Positions 33,581 through 46,008 of a stretch of 64,000 nucleotides of DNA are shown piece by piece. How positions within the stretch are numbered: position 1 is the stretch's first letter; each line of letters starts with the position of its first letter. A program made the translations under genes and the position numbers. The DNA is from the human T2T-CHM13v2.0 reference genome, Homo sapiens. The notes below the pieces were generated by a model. The model made no database searches, had not been told where the DNA came from, and worked only from the letters and a program-made list of their open reading frames with translations. The DNA is taken from assembly GCF_009914755.1 (NCBI RefSeq), contig NC_060928.1; one strand, written 5' to 3'.

Positions 33581-33866
33581 TTTTTTTTTTTTTGAGACAG
33601 GGTCTCACTCTGTCACCCATGCTGGAGTGCAGTGGCATGATGATGGCTCGCTGCAGCCTTTACCTCTAGTGATCCTCCCACCTCAGCCCCCTAAGTAGCT
33701 GAGACTGTAGGTGTGCACCAACACGCCTGGCCAATTTTTGTATTTTTTGTAGAGACAGGGTTTCACCATATTGCTCAGGCTAGTCTCAAACTCCTGGACT
33801 CAAGCAATCCACTCACCTCAGCCTCCTAAAATGTTGGGATTACAGGCATGAGCCATCGCACCCAGC
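33581..33866 (-). mobile_element. AluJ
   Basis: J diagnostics; TSD AATACAGTAGTT / AATTCAGTAGTT. Confidence 0.9.
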
Positions 33867-34464
33867 AATTCAGTAGTTATTTCTGAATGGCTACCATGAC
33901 CCAGGCACTATGATAGGTGCTGCAAATAGAATGTCAGCAGAACACAGTTTCCATCTCAAAGGATCTTCCAGCCAGCAGGGCCTAGGCATAAGAAAACAGG
34001 CCCTATTATAACTAGGTGTGATATGCATGATGATGTGATACATGCTGACTGCAGAGTATTGGGGTAGCCCATAAGTGAGCCACATGCTTGAGAAGCTTTT
34101 GGAAAATCCAGTTATGCAAAGTTTGGAAATAAGACCCAGAAATCAAGAGTTCAGATGAAGGCCAAGCTTCTGGCCATTGAGCCCATGGTCTAAAGTTTTC
34201 TTTTTTGAACATGAAGTAATTCCACAGTCATGATTAATTCCTTAAATGCATTTTGTGACCTAAACTTTTATAAGGAATCTCTTCTTTATTAAACTCCTCT
34301 TCCAATCAATTTCCCAACTGGAAGCACACCTGCTGCAATAAATTGAATATAGCACTGACTTCTCTTTTCTCCCAAATAGTTCACTTCTTATGTCATGAGC
34401 TAGAATGGTAGGGGATGAATTATTAAGCAAATACCAACTATAATTAACCTTGACCTGATGCAAA

Positions 34465-34471
34465 TATATAC

Positions 34472-34513
<42 letters not shown>

Positions 34514-34570
34514 GTTTGTAAATGTATTTGTAATGTAAACATATATATATATATGTTTGTAAATGTATTG
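34465..34570. repeat. (GT)n(TA)n compound microsatellite with local duplication
   Basis: (TA)nTGTTTGTAAATGTATT occurs twice. Confidence 0.9.
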
Positions 34571-35434
34571 CATAGAGTTGACTAGCAAGGTCAAACAATT
34601 CAAGTCTTTTGAGCTAAAATGTGGCTGTGATCAAAACAGAGACACCTCTCACCCCTGGCAGTGCTGAAATCAGAGTAAAAACACTGCAAATGCAATCCTC
34701 TCAGTATCAAAGAGCACATTCATTATTCTTGTTGAGCACATGACATACGTCAAACAGGGTGAGTTAAATATTTTTACAAGTCACTCATCAAATAATGAGA
34801 TTGTTAAGACATCCAGGCAATGCACAAAAGGAGCATGGTTTTCTTTTTAATAATTGATTTGTTCAATCATGAATACCCCGAACAACAGCAGAGAAAAAAA
34901 GTGAGAACTCCGGTGCAGAGAAAATAATTAAAAGAAGTCCAATATTGTTAGGTGTTCAGAGAAACACTTAATGAAGGGAAGGAAAGCAGCTTCACACAAT
35001 TTATACATAATGGCATTATTTCAGATTAAATGATTACTGTAAAGTAATGATGTCTAGTGAAATGTGGGGAATGTAGATCCTCCATGAGGTTTATAAAGAA
35101 ACTACCAAACTATTTATTTTACCATTTAATATCCCACAGGACATTGCTGAATTACTATGGGGTATAGCTAATTAAGTTCAGAAGAAAACAGACTCAGGAT
35201 CAAAGGTGCTACTTAAATTCACCTAAGTCAAGGTTATCCATTCTGTCATTTCAACTGAGCCTTAATGTAAACAGTGACTCATGCCTAGAGTCTAAGTCAA
35301 AGTGTCTAGAGTCAAAATGTCTAATGAATACCCAATAAAAATGCTTCATATTAGGCTAGATATTGGTATTAAATAAAAGGGTTAAAAGAAATTTAAAACC
35401 TATTCTTATGTACTAAGAGGCATCTCCAAATACC

Positions 35435-35845
35435 TTTATTCATTCATGTCCAATACAATATGTATTACTGTGTATTATACAGTCCTTACTATATGCCAGG
35501 TGATCTCCTAAGCACCAGGAATACACAAATATAAAAAATTACATAGTATTCCTCTTCCTGAAGGAGCTGACTCTACTTTATAGTAGAGAGATGAGTGTAT
35601 GATGACATAAACACAAATGGTAAGTGTTGCAACAGAAAGGCAAAAGTCCAGAGAAGCTTATTCAGGCTCTGTGCTAGGAAGAACTAGGTAAGGCGTCATA
35701 GAGAAAGTGATCCTTGAACTTCATTCACCTTGGAAAGCAGAGAATCTGGGGAGAGATTCTCTTTCCAGGAACAGAAAGGAGGCTGAGCAAAGATGCTGTG
35801 AGGAGTAGAAATTTGTAGGCAACTGATCCAGTTCCCTTAGAAAGA
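35435..35845 (-). mobile_element. L2 fragment
   Basis: TTATTCATTCAT...TACTATATGCCAGGTG...CTGAAGGAGCTGAC. Confidence 0.6.
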
Positions 35846-35849
35846 AAGA

Positions 35850-36090
35850 ATAGTGTATTGTCTAAGAGCAGAGGCTCAGGAGGTGGACATGCCAGTCTTA
35901 AATCCCAGCATTCTCACTATCTGTGCAACCTCAGTTACCTCATCTAATCTCTCTGTGCCTCAGTTCCCTGGAAAATGGGGACAGAAGTAGTAAATTGGTA
36001 ACAGAGTGGTTCTGAGGATTGAAGGAGTTGATGTAGTTGTGCTGAGGTACAGAGTAAGAGCTGTATAAGGGTTGATTCTTATTGTCTATC
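35850..36090 (+). mobile_element. MIR
   Basis: AAATCCCAGC...TAATCTCTCTGTGCCTCAGTTCCC...AAAATGGGGAC. Confidence 0.75.
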
Positions 36091-37329
36091 ATTGGGAGTA
36101 GAATAATTTCTTTTTGCAGCCTTTCCTGCCAATTTTCTAATTTCTTAGATTAGTATGGGAATCTAAGTTTAGGGAATGTCACAGTGCATTTATTACAAAC
36201 TGAGCCAAATGATTTGAAGAATCATTATTAGGGATAAAGTGATTATGAAATACAGAAGATACCTGTGAATTTTAAGAGGATGTTATCCAATGTAAAGTGG
36301 GTAAATCAAAGAAAATGTGGTTGATCTTACTGAATCTATCATTTTTTGTCAAATATCTACAAAGACTTCTACAGTATGTTAAGAGTCTCAAACACATAGG
36401 TAGTCAAGACTAGAAAGACTCTTTCTTCTTCCCTTAGCAAAGTGGGGTATATACATTTTCCCCAGTGTTTTCTAGGATTGGATGAATGGATATCTCAAGT
36501 GTCCAAAGCTGAGATGTAAATGCCAACAAATTCACATGCTGCTATGTGTGACTGAGTGTTCATTACTAGCTTTGTTGATAAGCACAGTGCCTGATTTATG
36601 TGATAATCAGGATGACAGTTTCCCCTTCCAAACCAGTTTTCAAGGATCATATTGGTTGTTACAGCTCCCATCCCTCCAGGGAGTGGGGAGCATGTACTCA
36701 CTGACCTCACTGCAGCACGATGGCTGCTATGGGCAAGCTTGTGAGGAGGCTTCAGCTCAATGTGCACATCCAGGGTTTACTTACCCCAACGTATGTGTCC
36801 TTTCCATGTTGCTACTCACAGAACACTTGACCAACCAAACGAATTACAAGAACTAGCCAACCTCTTGTACTCGGAAAGGAAATGTTATTCTTGATCTATT
36901 CTCTAAAATACACAGATGATTAATTAAAATTCTCTTAGAGTTGCAACATCAAATATTGGAGAAGCCAGACAAGCAACAAAAATATACAAAAAGGTGAGTA
37001 TTAAACTTAAGTGCTAACCTGCTTACAACGGAACATTTGCCCAGTTCAATTGTGCTTGAAAATACTGTGCAGATCAAACCAAGTGCTCAAACAAAGAAAT
37101 ACATCTGGATTTTAGGCCACCTATTTTCAATTCTTGTAAAGCTTCACACCTTCATTTTGTTTTCTTCTCAATAGTTTTAGTCAATGATCTCTTGCTTGAT
37201 TCTCCTCCTAACTGTCTACTTGCCTCCCCTAAAGGGACATGGGAAGCCAATTGTATGCCTTGGGAAGGAGTGGGATGATTGTGACCCTGAATCCCTACAG
37301 AGAAAGAGAGTAACAGGTAGGAGGGAATG

Positions 37330-37500
37330 CAATGAACTAGAGTTTGTAGGAACCCCTACTAGCTATGTACCTTGCAAGTCACTTGATCTTACTTCATCCT
37401 CGATTTCCTAATCTGTAAAATGGGAATAATATTATGGTCCCTGATTCTCACAAAGGATTTCTGCAAGAGTAATAAAAAGTAATGCGAACATTTTAATTAT
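37330..37500 (+). mobile_element. MIR fragment
   Basis: TACTAGCTATGTACCTTGCAAGTCACTT...TTTCCTAATCTGTAAAATGGGAATAAT. Confidence 0.75.
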
Positions 37501-38489
37501 TATGATGATGCCCAAAGGCAAAGAGGAAGAGGCTCTATTTACTGCATAAACAGCCACAGCTGCAACTCTTAAGACAGAGGTAGGTTTAAAACAATTTTTT
37601 TTTACATCACAGAGGACCTGATGAATTACCCTTATATCTTCTCATTGCAATAACAATGCTCCAGTTTCAAAAATTCCAGATTAATAACAACTGTGAGATT
37701 TAGTCAGATTCACACATCTCTTAAGTAAAGACTGGCAAGAAGGAAAGTAATATCTTCTTTATTCAACACACATCAATACCTCTCCAAGAATATTACTGGT
37801 TTGTTTTTGCATCAGTGTTGGAAAATTTAAAAATGTGTTTAGTTAACAACTTTCTCCTTGGCTTTTCCAAACACATTGCTTTTCAGACACTTTATTTATA
37901 GATCATCTTTTAGTTTTCTTTCACTCACTGTGGAATCCTACATTTATTTACACTTGATATATTCCTAGCAGATGTTGCCCACTGTTAAGATCCACATATA
38001 ACAATTTAAGCAAAATTGAAAGGAGTATATTTAATGGTATTTTTAAGCAGCTATGTATTTCTTTCTTCTAACATAGTAAAATAAACACAGAAATCACACA
38101 TCTATCATATGGGAAGCTAGTATGAAAACATTAAGAATCTCTATTATTAATACAGGACCATAATGACATGCTAACATTGGGTTATGATATATTCCTACTA
38201 TACAGATGTATATCAATCTTGTCAATCCCATGCAGGAAGAAAAAAATCACTTCCAGGTATCTTGTACATAAAGTTATAAATTTGGATGACACCTCAAACA
38301 ATCATTCTGCTTTCAGGTGTGACTATGTCTGAACCATCAAGGTTCATTGGTCTAATCAACTCAGAGATGGCTAATAACCAGTGGGGCCTCCTATGAACCA
38401 GAGATTTTGCATTACATTTTCACATAAATGAGTTTGAAATGTTAATACTCCAATTTTCACATTTTCTTGTATTCATGCCTTTTGGCAGT

Positions 38490-38892
38490 TGACTTCCACA
38501 CTGTCTGGCTTGGCCATATGACTTCCTTTAGACCATGAAACCTTAACAAATGACAGTGCAGAGTCTTGAAAAAGTGTGAGCATGCCTCTGCACTCTTTTG
38601 CACTCTAGCTCTTTCTTGAGAATGAGCCTGGGCTAGCCTACTGGAGGATAATAGAGGACTTAGAGCAGAACTAAATCATTCCAGAAACAGCCTTCCTAGA
38701 CCAGTCAGCCCCCTGTAAACCTGGGCTACCTGCAGATACAGAAGCAAGCTCTAACCAGTAGAAGCTAGCCCTGATCCAGACCTGTAGACTGGTGAGAGAT
38801 AACAAATAACTTTTTAAAACACTGGTTTTTTTTCTTTCTGGAGGAAACGGGGCATTGGGTGGAAAGGTATGCAATCACAGGTAACTGCTACA
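38490..38892 (+). mobile_element. MLT1 (G/H-like) LTR
   Basis: GCCTGGGCTAGCCTACTGGAGGAT...GGTAACTGCTACA. Confidence 0.6.
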
Positions 38893-38923
38893 ATGAACCT
38901 ATATAATTTCTTAAAGACAACAT

Positions 38924-39011
38924 GTGAGAGAGAGAGAGATATCTCATATGTATATATATCTCATATCTATATCTATATCTATATCTGTATCTATATCTAT
39001 ATATATAAACC

Positions 39012-39050
<39 letters not shown>
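38924..39050. repeat. Compound (GA)n-(TA/TATATC)n-(GT)17 microsatellite
   Basis: Direct observation. Confidence 0.95.
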
Positions 39051-39051
<1 letters not shown>

Positions 39052-40219
39052 ACCTCCATGAACAGAATATTTGAATATTTAAATTTCTGTTCTGTAAAGT
39101 TTTTTCTTATCAAAACCTTGATCGTTAACTGGAGTGTCTTTTTCTGTCCTCAGCGAAGATATGGATCAGTGTTTGCCTTACAGAAGTCCTTCAGCAGCCG
39201 AAGGCATGATTTAGGAAAGTCACTGAGGGCACTTGAATATTTAGCCACACCTGACCATTTTTAGCTTTTTAGTCTTTCTTTATATTTTACTTTATTTTTA
39301 ATTTTATTTGTAAACTCTTCACTCTCTTTTGGTGCACTTTCCTAAAATTCATTTCATTTGTTTGTATCCATCTTCATTAAAACAAAATGAAAGACAAGCA
39401 AAGCAATCTTTAATAAGAAGCCTAATTGTTTACAACACTATTTTGTATTTGGCATTTCCTGTTCAAAACTTTATAATCACTCATTGTAAATAAAGACTCA
39501 GATTTACTCAGGAAATGTACAAAAGTAAGAGTGATGACTTCTAAGTTGATTAGAGACTCAAGATACAAACAAGCTTTTTGAAAAAGTTCAACAGCACACA
39601 AGACACAAAACTTAAATAAAAGTAAAAAACAAAACAGAAACATATATTTGATTTTTCTGTTACGCCAATGAGGAAAAGTTGTAAATTTGACAGACAAAAG
39701 AAAAAACTTATAGCTTGTTGTTTTTCCTTGCTTCATAGATATAATTATAACTAAATGATCTTCCAAAAATACTATGTCAGTTTACACATTTACCAGTAAT
39801 ATAGGAATATCCTCTTTTCCCACACTCTCAAGAAAGCCAAAAGTGACAGAATACTTAAAATTTAAACATATCTTTTAATAATAACTATTAGTAGTATGGT
39901 ATATTGTGTATTCCTTAATGTGACAAGTCTTTTACCAAGGAAATAATAATGGAAGTCCCATAAATTTAGGTGTAACACTGTTAGAATACTGTTAAATTCA
40001 CAGTAAACTGAAAATAAATTACATTCCTAATCATTAATGACTGGTAAGCAAATTATGTTAAATTATGTTATACCTGCAGAGTAAAACATTATATGGTCTT
40101 AGTAATAAGGATATTTGCTGATAAGAGAAAATATATACACTAAAAATAATTCAACTTAAAAATATTTAAATTATTATCTCATTTTAGTAAAAGAAAGATA
40201 TATATAAATAAAAAGCCTA

Positions 40220-40540
40220 GGCTGGGCGCGGTGGCTTACGTCTGTAATCCTGGCCCTTTGGGAGGCCAAGGTCGGGGGATCTCTTGAACCCAGGAGTTTG
40301 AGACCAGCCTGGGCATCATAGGAAAATCTCATCTCTACTAAAAATACAAAAGATTAGCCAGGTCAGGTGGCGGTTCACGTCTGTAGACCCAGCTACTTGG
40401 GAAGCTAAGTTGAGAGGATCACCTGAGCCTGGGGAGTTTCGAAGCTGCGGTGAACTGTGATTGCACCACTGTATTACGGTGTGGATGACGGGATAAGACC
40501 CCATTTCAAAATAAATAAATAAATAAATTAATTAATTAAT
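40220..40540 (+). mobile_element. AluJ
   Basis: J diagnostics (CTTGAACCCAGGAG, GGATCACCTGAGCCTGG); TSD AATAAAAAGCCTA / AATAAAAAGTCTA. Confidence 0.9.
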
Positions 40541-40769
40541 AATAAAAAGTCTAGAAAATTATGTGTTAAGTACTGTGTAGATATAAGAGAATCAATTTCT
40601 TTGGGTTTTTTTTTTCTTTTGCTTATCTGTGTTTCCTAAGTGATAATAAACATGGGCTATTTATAATTAGAAAAACAAGTGAATTGTTAAGTAAGGAATG
40701 GGCAAAGACTTAATCTAACAGAATTTCATTAAAAAGTTCTAGAAATTATTGTTGATTATACACCCAATT

Positions 40770-41150
40770 TTTATTTAGCCAACAATTATTTATTATATTT
40801 TATTTTCCATGTGCCAAGGGATGCAGCATCAGAGAACAAAACTATCTCTTGCCTCATGGAGCACACCTTTTGTGAAAGAAACAGACAAGATGCCCATGAA
40901 ATAATTATGTATCAGGTGACAATAGTTGCAAGGAAGAAACAATAATCTATGCAAGGAAGAAACAATAATCTATGCAAGGAAAGAGACTAAGGGAAGACAC
41001 TGCTTCACTGGGGATGACTGAGGAGATGACATTTGAACAGACTGAAGTGAGAAAGCCACATGGATATCTGAGGAAAAAGCTTTCTTGACAGAGAGAATAG
41101 CAAGTGCAAAGGCCCTGAGGCAACAGTGTTTTTATTGGACATGAGCACCA
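40770..41150 (-). mobile_element. L2 fragment
   Basis: TGCCTCATGGAGCACAC...GGAGATGACATTTGAACAGA...GCAAGTGCAAAGGCCCTGAGG. Confidence 0.75.
40927..40981. repeat. Perfect 23-bp tandem duplication (2.4 copies)
   Basis: TGCAAGGAAGAAACAATAATCTA x2 followed by TGCAAGGAA. Confidence 0.95.
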
Positions 41151-41214
41151 TGGCTGTCAGATAAAAACAAAGATATTTTAGATTTTAGTAACAGAACAGT
41201 AAGGAATGAATATT

Positions 41215-41645
41215 ACTGTATACTCTTTACTGATCAAATTTCCATGAGCATATTGTGTTCAATTCAGTTTTTGGTATCACAGTTTAAAGAACACTGATGA
41301 ATCCGAGCGAGTCAAGAAAAAAGTACTCAGGATAATGAGGGGGTCTGGAAATGGTGTAACTGGAATAACGGCAGGAAATCTAGTTGCTTAATTGAAGAAA
41401 AAGATGACCTGACATGGACACAAGAAGGTGGTCATGTTGTCATGATAAACTCATTTGGTTTGGCTTCAGAAAACAAAACTAGAATGAAAATTATAGAGCA
41501 GAGCTTAGCCAAGTATAAGAAAGAAAATTCTAACAACTACACCTTTTCTAAAGATGAACATTAGTAGTGAATCCTAGTCCTGGAGTTAGTCTGGGGTTGA
41601 GCACTCCTTGTCACAGGATCCTGTGAGGTTAGTCCCTTCCATCAG
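41215..41645 (+). mobile_element. CR1/L3 3' fragment
   Basis: TATTGTGTTCAATTC...CAGGATAATGAGGGGGTCTGGAAA matches the L3 ORF2 end. Confidence 0.65.
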
Positions 41646-41763
41646 GAGGAGCCAGATTGCCACTATTATTTTGCAGATGACACGTCAGTTAGCCCGGGAT
41701 GATGAAAACTTACTTCCAATGGGTACCACTGGAATTGCCCCCAGTGGGGTAGCATTCTGGTGA

Positions 41764-42085
<322 letters not shown>

Positions 42086-42542
42086 TATTACTGGACCTTT
42101 TACTTGTGGGGTTCATGGAACAATACAGCTGAAATACCACTGGTCACTCTGGAGAAAAGAACTAAATTTACAGAATCCTAGAACCTCAAGTTGGAGCAGG
42201 CCTGAGACATCCTTCAGACAAAGACCATTCACGGCTAGAGCTTGAAGAGGGAGGTGGCAACTGTCCTCTCAGCACGTGTGGAATGTGGAGATAGAGGCAT
42301 CTGGCCTCTAATTCAGTAGCAGATTGTGTTGTTTAACAAATGCTTATCTGAGCAGATGATGGTTCTATTATGATAGGTGTTAATCAAAGCTATTGTCACA
42401 GAAGTACAGTCTTTTGTTACAATCTGTTCTTTGATAAATGTGCAAAATATATCATGGGGACTTTTCCTAGAATTAACATTGCCTGAAGTATAAGATGTGA
42501 ATAAAACATATTAGGGAATGATTTTTTAAAAATATTTTAACA

Positions 42543-42870
<328 letters not shown>

Positions 42871-43519
42871 AATATTTTAACAACACACCACACCTGCGCA
42901 CTCCCATACAAACTATTACTTTATTATTATTTTCCAAGTAATATGGACAGCTTGTGTTCTGCTTGAGGCACAAGATATTCTATTTGGCCCTTGACAAAGT
43001 ATGTCCCAATCACTATATCCCCATCACCTTGCCCAGGGTCCAAAATAAAATATGTCCTCAAAAAGTGACTGTTAGATGAAAAAATCATTGAGAAAATTAC
43101 TCATAGATCATACATTATCCCAACACCATTGAGGTTGCTGAGAACATTTTGGAACTCTGCTTTAGAATTTAACATCAATATTATTATTTAAACTTTCTTT
43201 AGTAGTTACAAATTTTTATCTTTGAATCCTGTATTTGCAAATAGGCAAGCCTCACTTTTGTAACCTGTAAGGTTACAAAAATTGGTAAAAGTACTTTACA
43301 ATAAAGAAAATAGAGTAGATTTTAAATAATGGGAATGTGATTCATTAGTGCCTTCTGGAATGGCAGAGAAGGAGCAACTCTCTTTGAAATATAATACACC
43401 AGAGTCTATCTCATCTCCACTGCCACTGCTCTGGTGCAACTCTCCTCATCTGCTACCTGAAATATTGCAGTCTCCCCCTTAAAACGTCTTGTTTCTATTC
43501 TCTTCTTTCATTCCATAAG

Positions 43520-43720
43520 TTCAGAGCTCACAAGCAAAACTTTATTTCCTGGCTCTGACATTCACTAGTTGTTTAACCTAAAACCATTATCTAACCTTCC
43601 TAAGCCTCACTTTTGTAACCTGTAAGATGGGGATAATATTAGAAACACCAACTTCACGTAATTTCATTAGGATTAGCTGAAGCCATATGAGAAGTGCTAA
43701 ATGCTGGCCATTAGTATTAT
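43520..43720 (+). mobile_element. MIR (within an L2 remnant, about 43400-44180)
   Basis: TCCTGGCTCTGAC...TAACCTTCCTAAGCCTCAC...CTGTAAGATGGGGATAATA. Confidence 0.7.
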
Positions 43721-45377
43721 GTCATTCCTCTGCTTACATTTTTGAGCAGCTTCTTTATCTATGGTTGAAACTGAAACTCCTTGACATGAACCTCAGGACT
43801 CCTCATGACTGGAGCCTGAGTTCCACTCCCCTTTTGAGTCATTCCTCCATCTTGCCATCAACTCTCTCCTTACCCCACAAGTTCTAACAAAGCAGATTAC
43901 TCACCTCCCTGTTACTTCATAAATTGCTCCAATGACCTGCCTCCTGGAATGTCCTTATCCCATCTCTTTATCTGATGAAGATCTGCTCATCCCTCAAATA
44001 TCAACTCAAAGATCAGGGCTTCCTGGTGCCTCCATTTTATGCTAATTACTTATTTACGTGTTGGTTACCTCCCTGGACTGTGAGCTGCTCGGGAGGTTAT
44101 AGATCTTGTTTCCCTCTGTCTCCCCAGTGCTTAGCTCACTCCCTGGAAATAATAGGCTTGCTGAATAAATTTGAAGATTATTCCAAAAGAATGAACTACA
44201 GAACTACTCATTTCTGCAGTGGCACATTGCAGATCTTAGAGTCTGTGTAGCCTCTGGGGCTGCCTGACTTCTTAAAGGGAAAGATGCTGACAAAGATGAT
44301 GTGTTTCAAGCTAGCACCCATTACTAGTTGGTGACATCTGAGGTCTAGATTTTATGTTGACTCTAATTATGGAATCAGACCACCTACATGCCTATTTAGT
44401 TTTGAAGGAAATGAGTATAGAGAGGAACAAATGAATAAACATGCTCTTCCTCTGTCTTGGAACCTATCACAGTGGACAGCATTGATGTGTTAGCATGGGT
44501 GTATCTTATAAGCACCTTGAGAGCTGAGATGGCCTTACAAATCTAACAAGAATTGAAGGTTTGTCACATAGTAGGTGCTTAGTTCATTCTTACTAGATTG
44601 GATTGAAAGATGAACGATATATTTTGAGTGAGGGAACAGGAAAAAGACACCTAAATTGTGAGATGAATATGAAAACTGGAGACTGTCTTTCACACCGAGT
44701 GCTGATGAGAACAGGTGATAGACTTGGCAACAGTGATGGGGCTGCGTCAGCTTATTTTTTTGGCATTGTGACTGAAGACACTGGTTGGAGTCATGAGAAA
44801 TGTTCATCAGACCTTCCTGTGTTCCTTCTGCTCTCAGATATTGCTGTTGCAAAACAGATCTTGAGGTTTCTCTCATCACTATCCACTAGCATGTTAGGGG
44901 GAGCTCTTCTGCCTGGTTCTCAGTGCTCCTGCTTCTACATCAGTAAAAATTATGATGATTTTGGAAATCATCATTCTAGTGATTGGTGCAAGGCTTCAGG
45001 TTTTGCTCTTATTGACAATTCTGGTGGATTGGTTGAGGAGGCCGGCACTGTGTCAAGGAGGATTTGGAGGCTTCCTCTAGGCTGAGTGGTAAAGAGAACC
45101 ATGATCAATTATGAGAGAAAAGGAGGTGGCATATATGCCATGTATTTATAACTCTTAGATTAGGTAGTCCAAGCTAATACATTGGCAGAAAGTAATTGAA
45201 TCAAGACAATCATTTTCAGTCACTTTTAATTGTAGTAACAGACAAGTTCAATATTTCTAGTAACAATGAGTCTGACAACAGATACAGAGTAAAAAGTTTA
45301 GACTGTGCTTTTATAAAGAATGGGAGAAAAGAAATTAGAATTTGTATAACTATATGTGTCAGAAATTGTCTTAGTTC

Positions 45378-45818
45378 TGGGAAAATTGTCAGAATCAAAA
45401 TGGAGTCGCTTTGTTAAAACCCTGACAGATAGGGCCATGAAGCGGGGGTGTTCTCACACACGTACACATACCTGGTAACAAAAACTATCACCAAAAAAAA
45501 TGCGCAGATCACAACCTTGCTCAAAGGCCACCACAAATGTCACACAGAAAATACTTATTCGAGGACATCTGGCCAGTGACTGTTGTCCAACCTTGGACTG
45601 ACACCATCCTTGTTATTAATCTTTATAGCCAAGCACGTCTCAAAACAGCTTACCTAACCCATCTTATCTTTCCTTTAAAAACCTTTGTCTTCCTTTACCT
45701 CCCTGAATATGCACATGCATGTTCCCATTGCAATTCCCAATCCTGAATAAATATCATTTTTTTTAGAAAGTCTCCTTTTCTAAAGCCTGTATAGAAAGTG
45801 TGTTATTCAGGTTTGACA
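45378..45818 (+). mobile_element. MER65-like ERV1 solo LTR
   Basis: TGGGAAAATTGTCAGAATCAAAATGGAGTC start, AATAAA, GTTTGACA end, 4-bp TSD GTTC/GTGC. Confidence 0.75.
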
Positions 45819-46008
45819 GTGCTATGAAATAAGTATTTGCATTGCCATTTAACAAATAAGGAAAGTGAGGCTAAAGGGGAATAAGAAACTTTGCCAGGTC
45901 CCACAGTTATAAGTGGGCTCTTGTTAGGGTTTGGTCAAGGTGTGTTTGATGATAAAATGACCATGCTCCTTTCACTGTGCCATGTGTGATCCCTACACAC
46001 ATACATAT

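Noticed and set aside
44603-45085. 160-aa ORF outside recognised repeats
   Set aside because: Non-ATG start, no recognisable domain or splice context; consistent with chance
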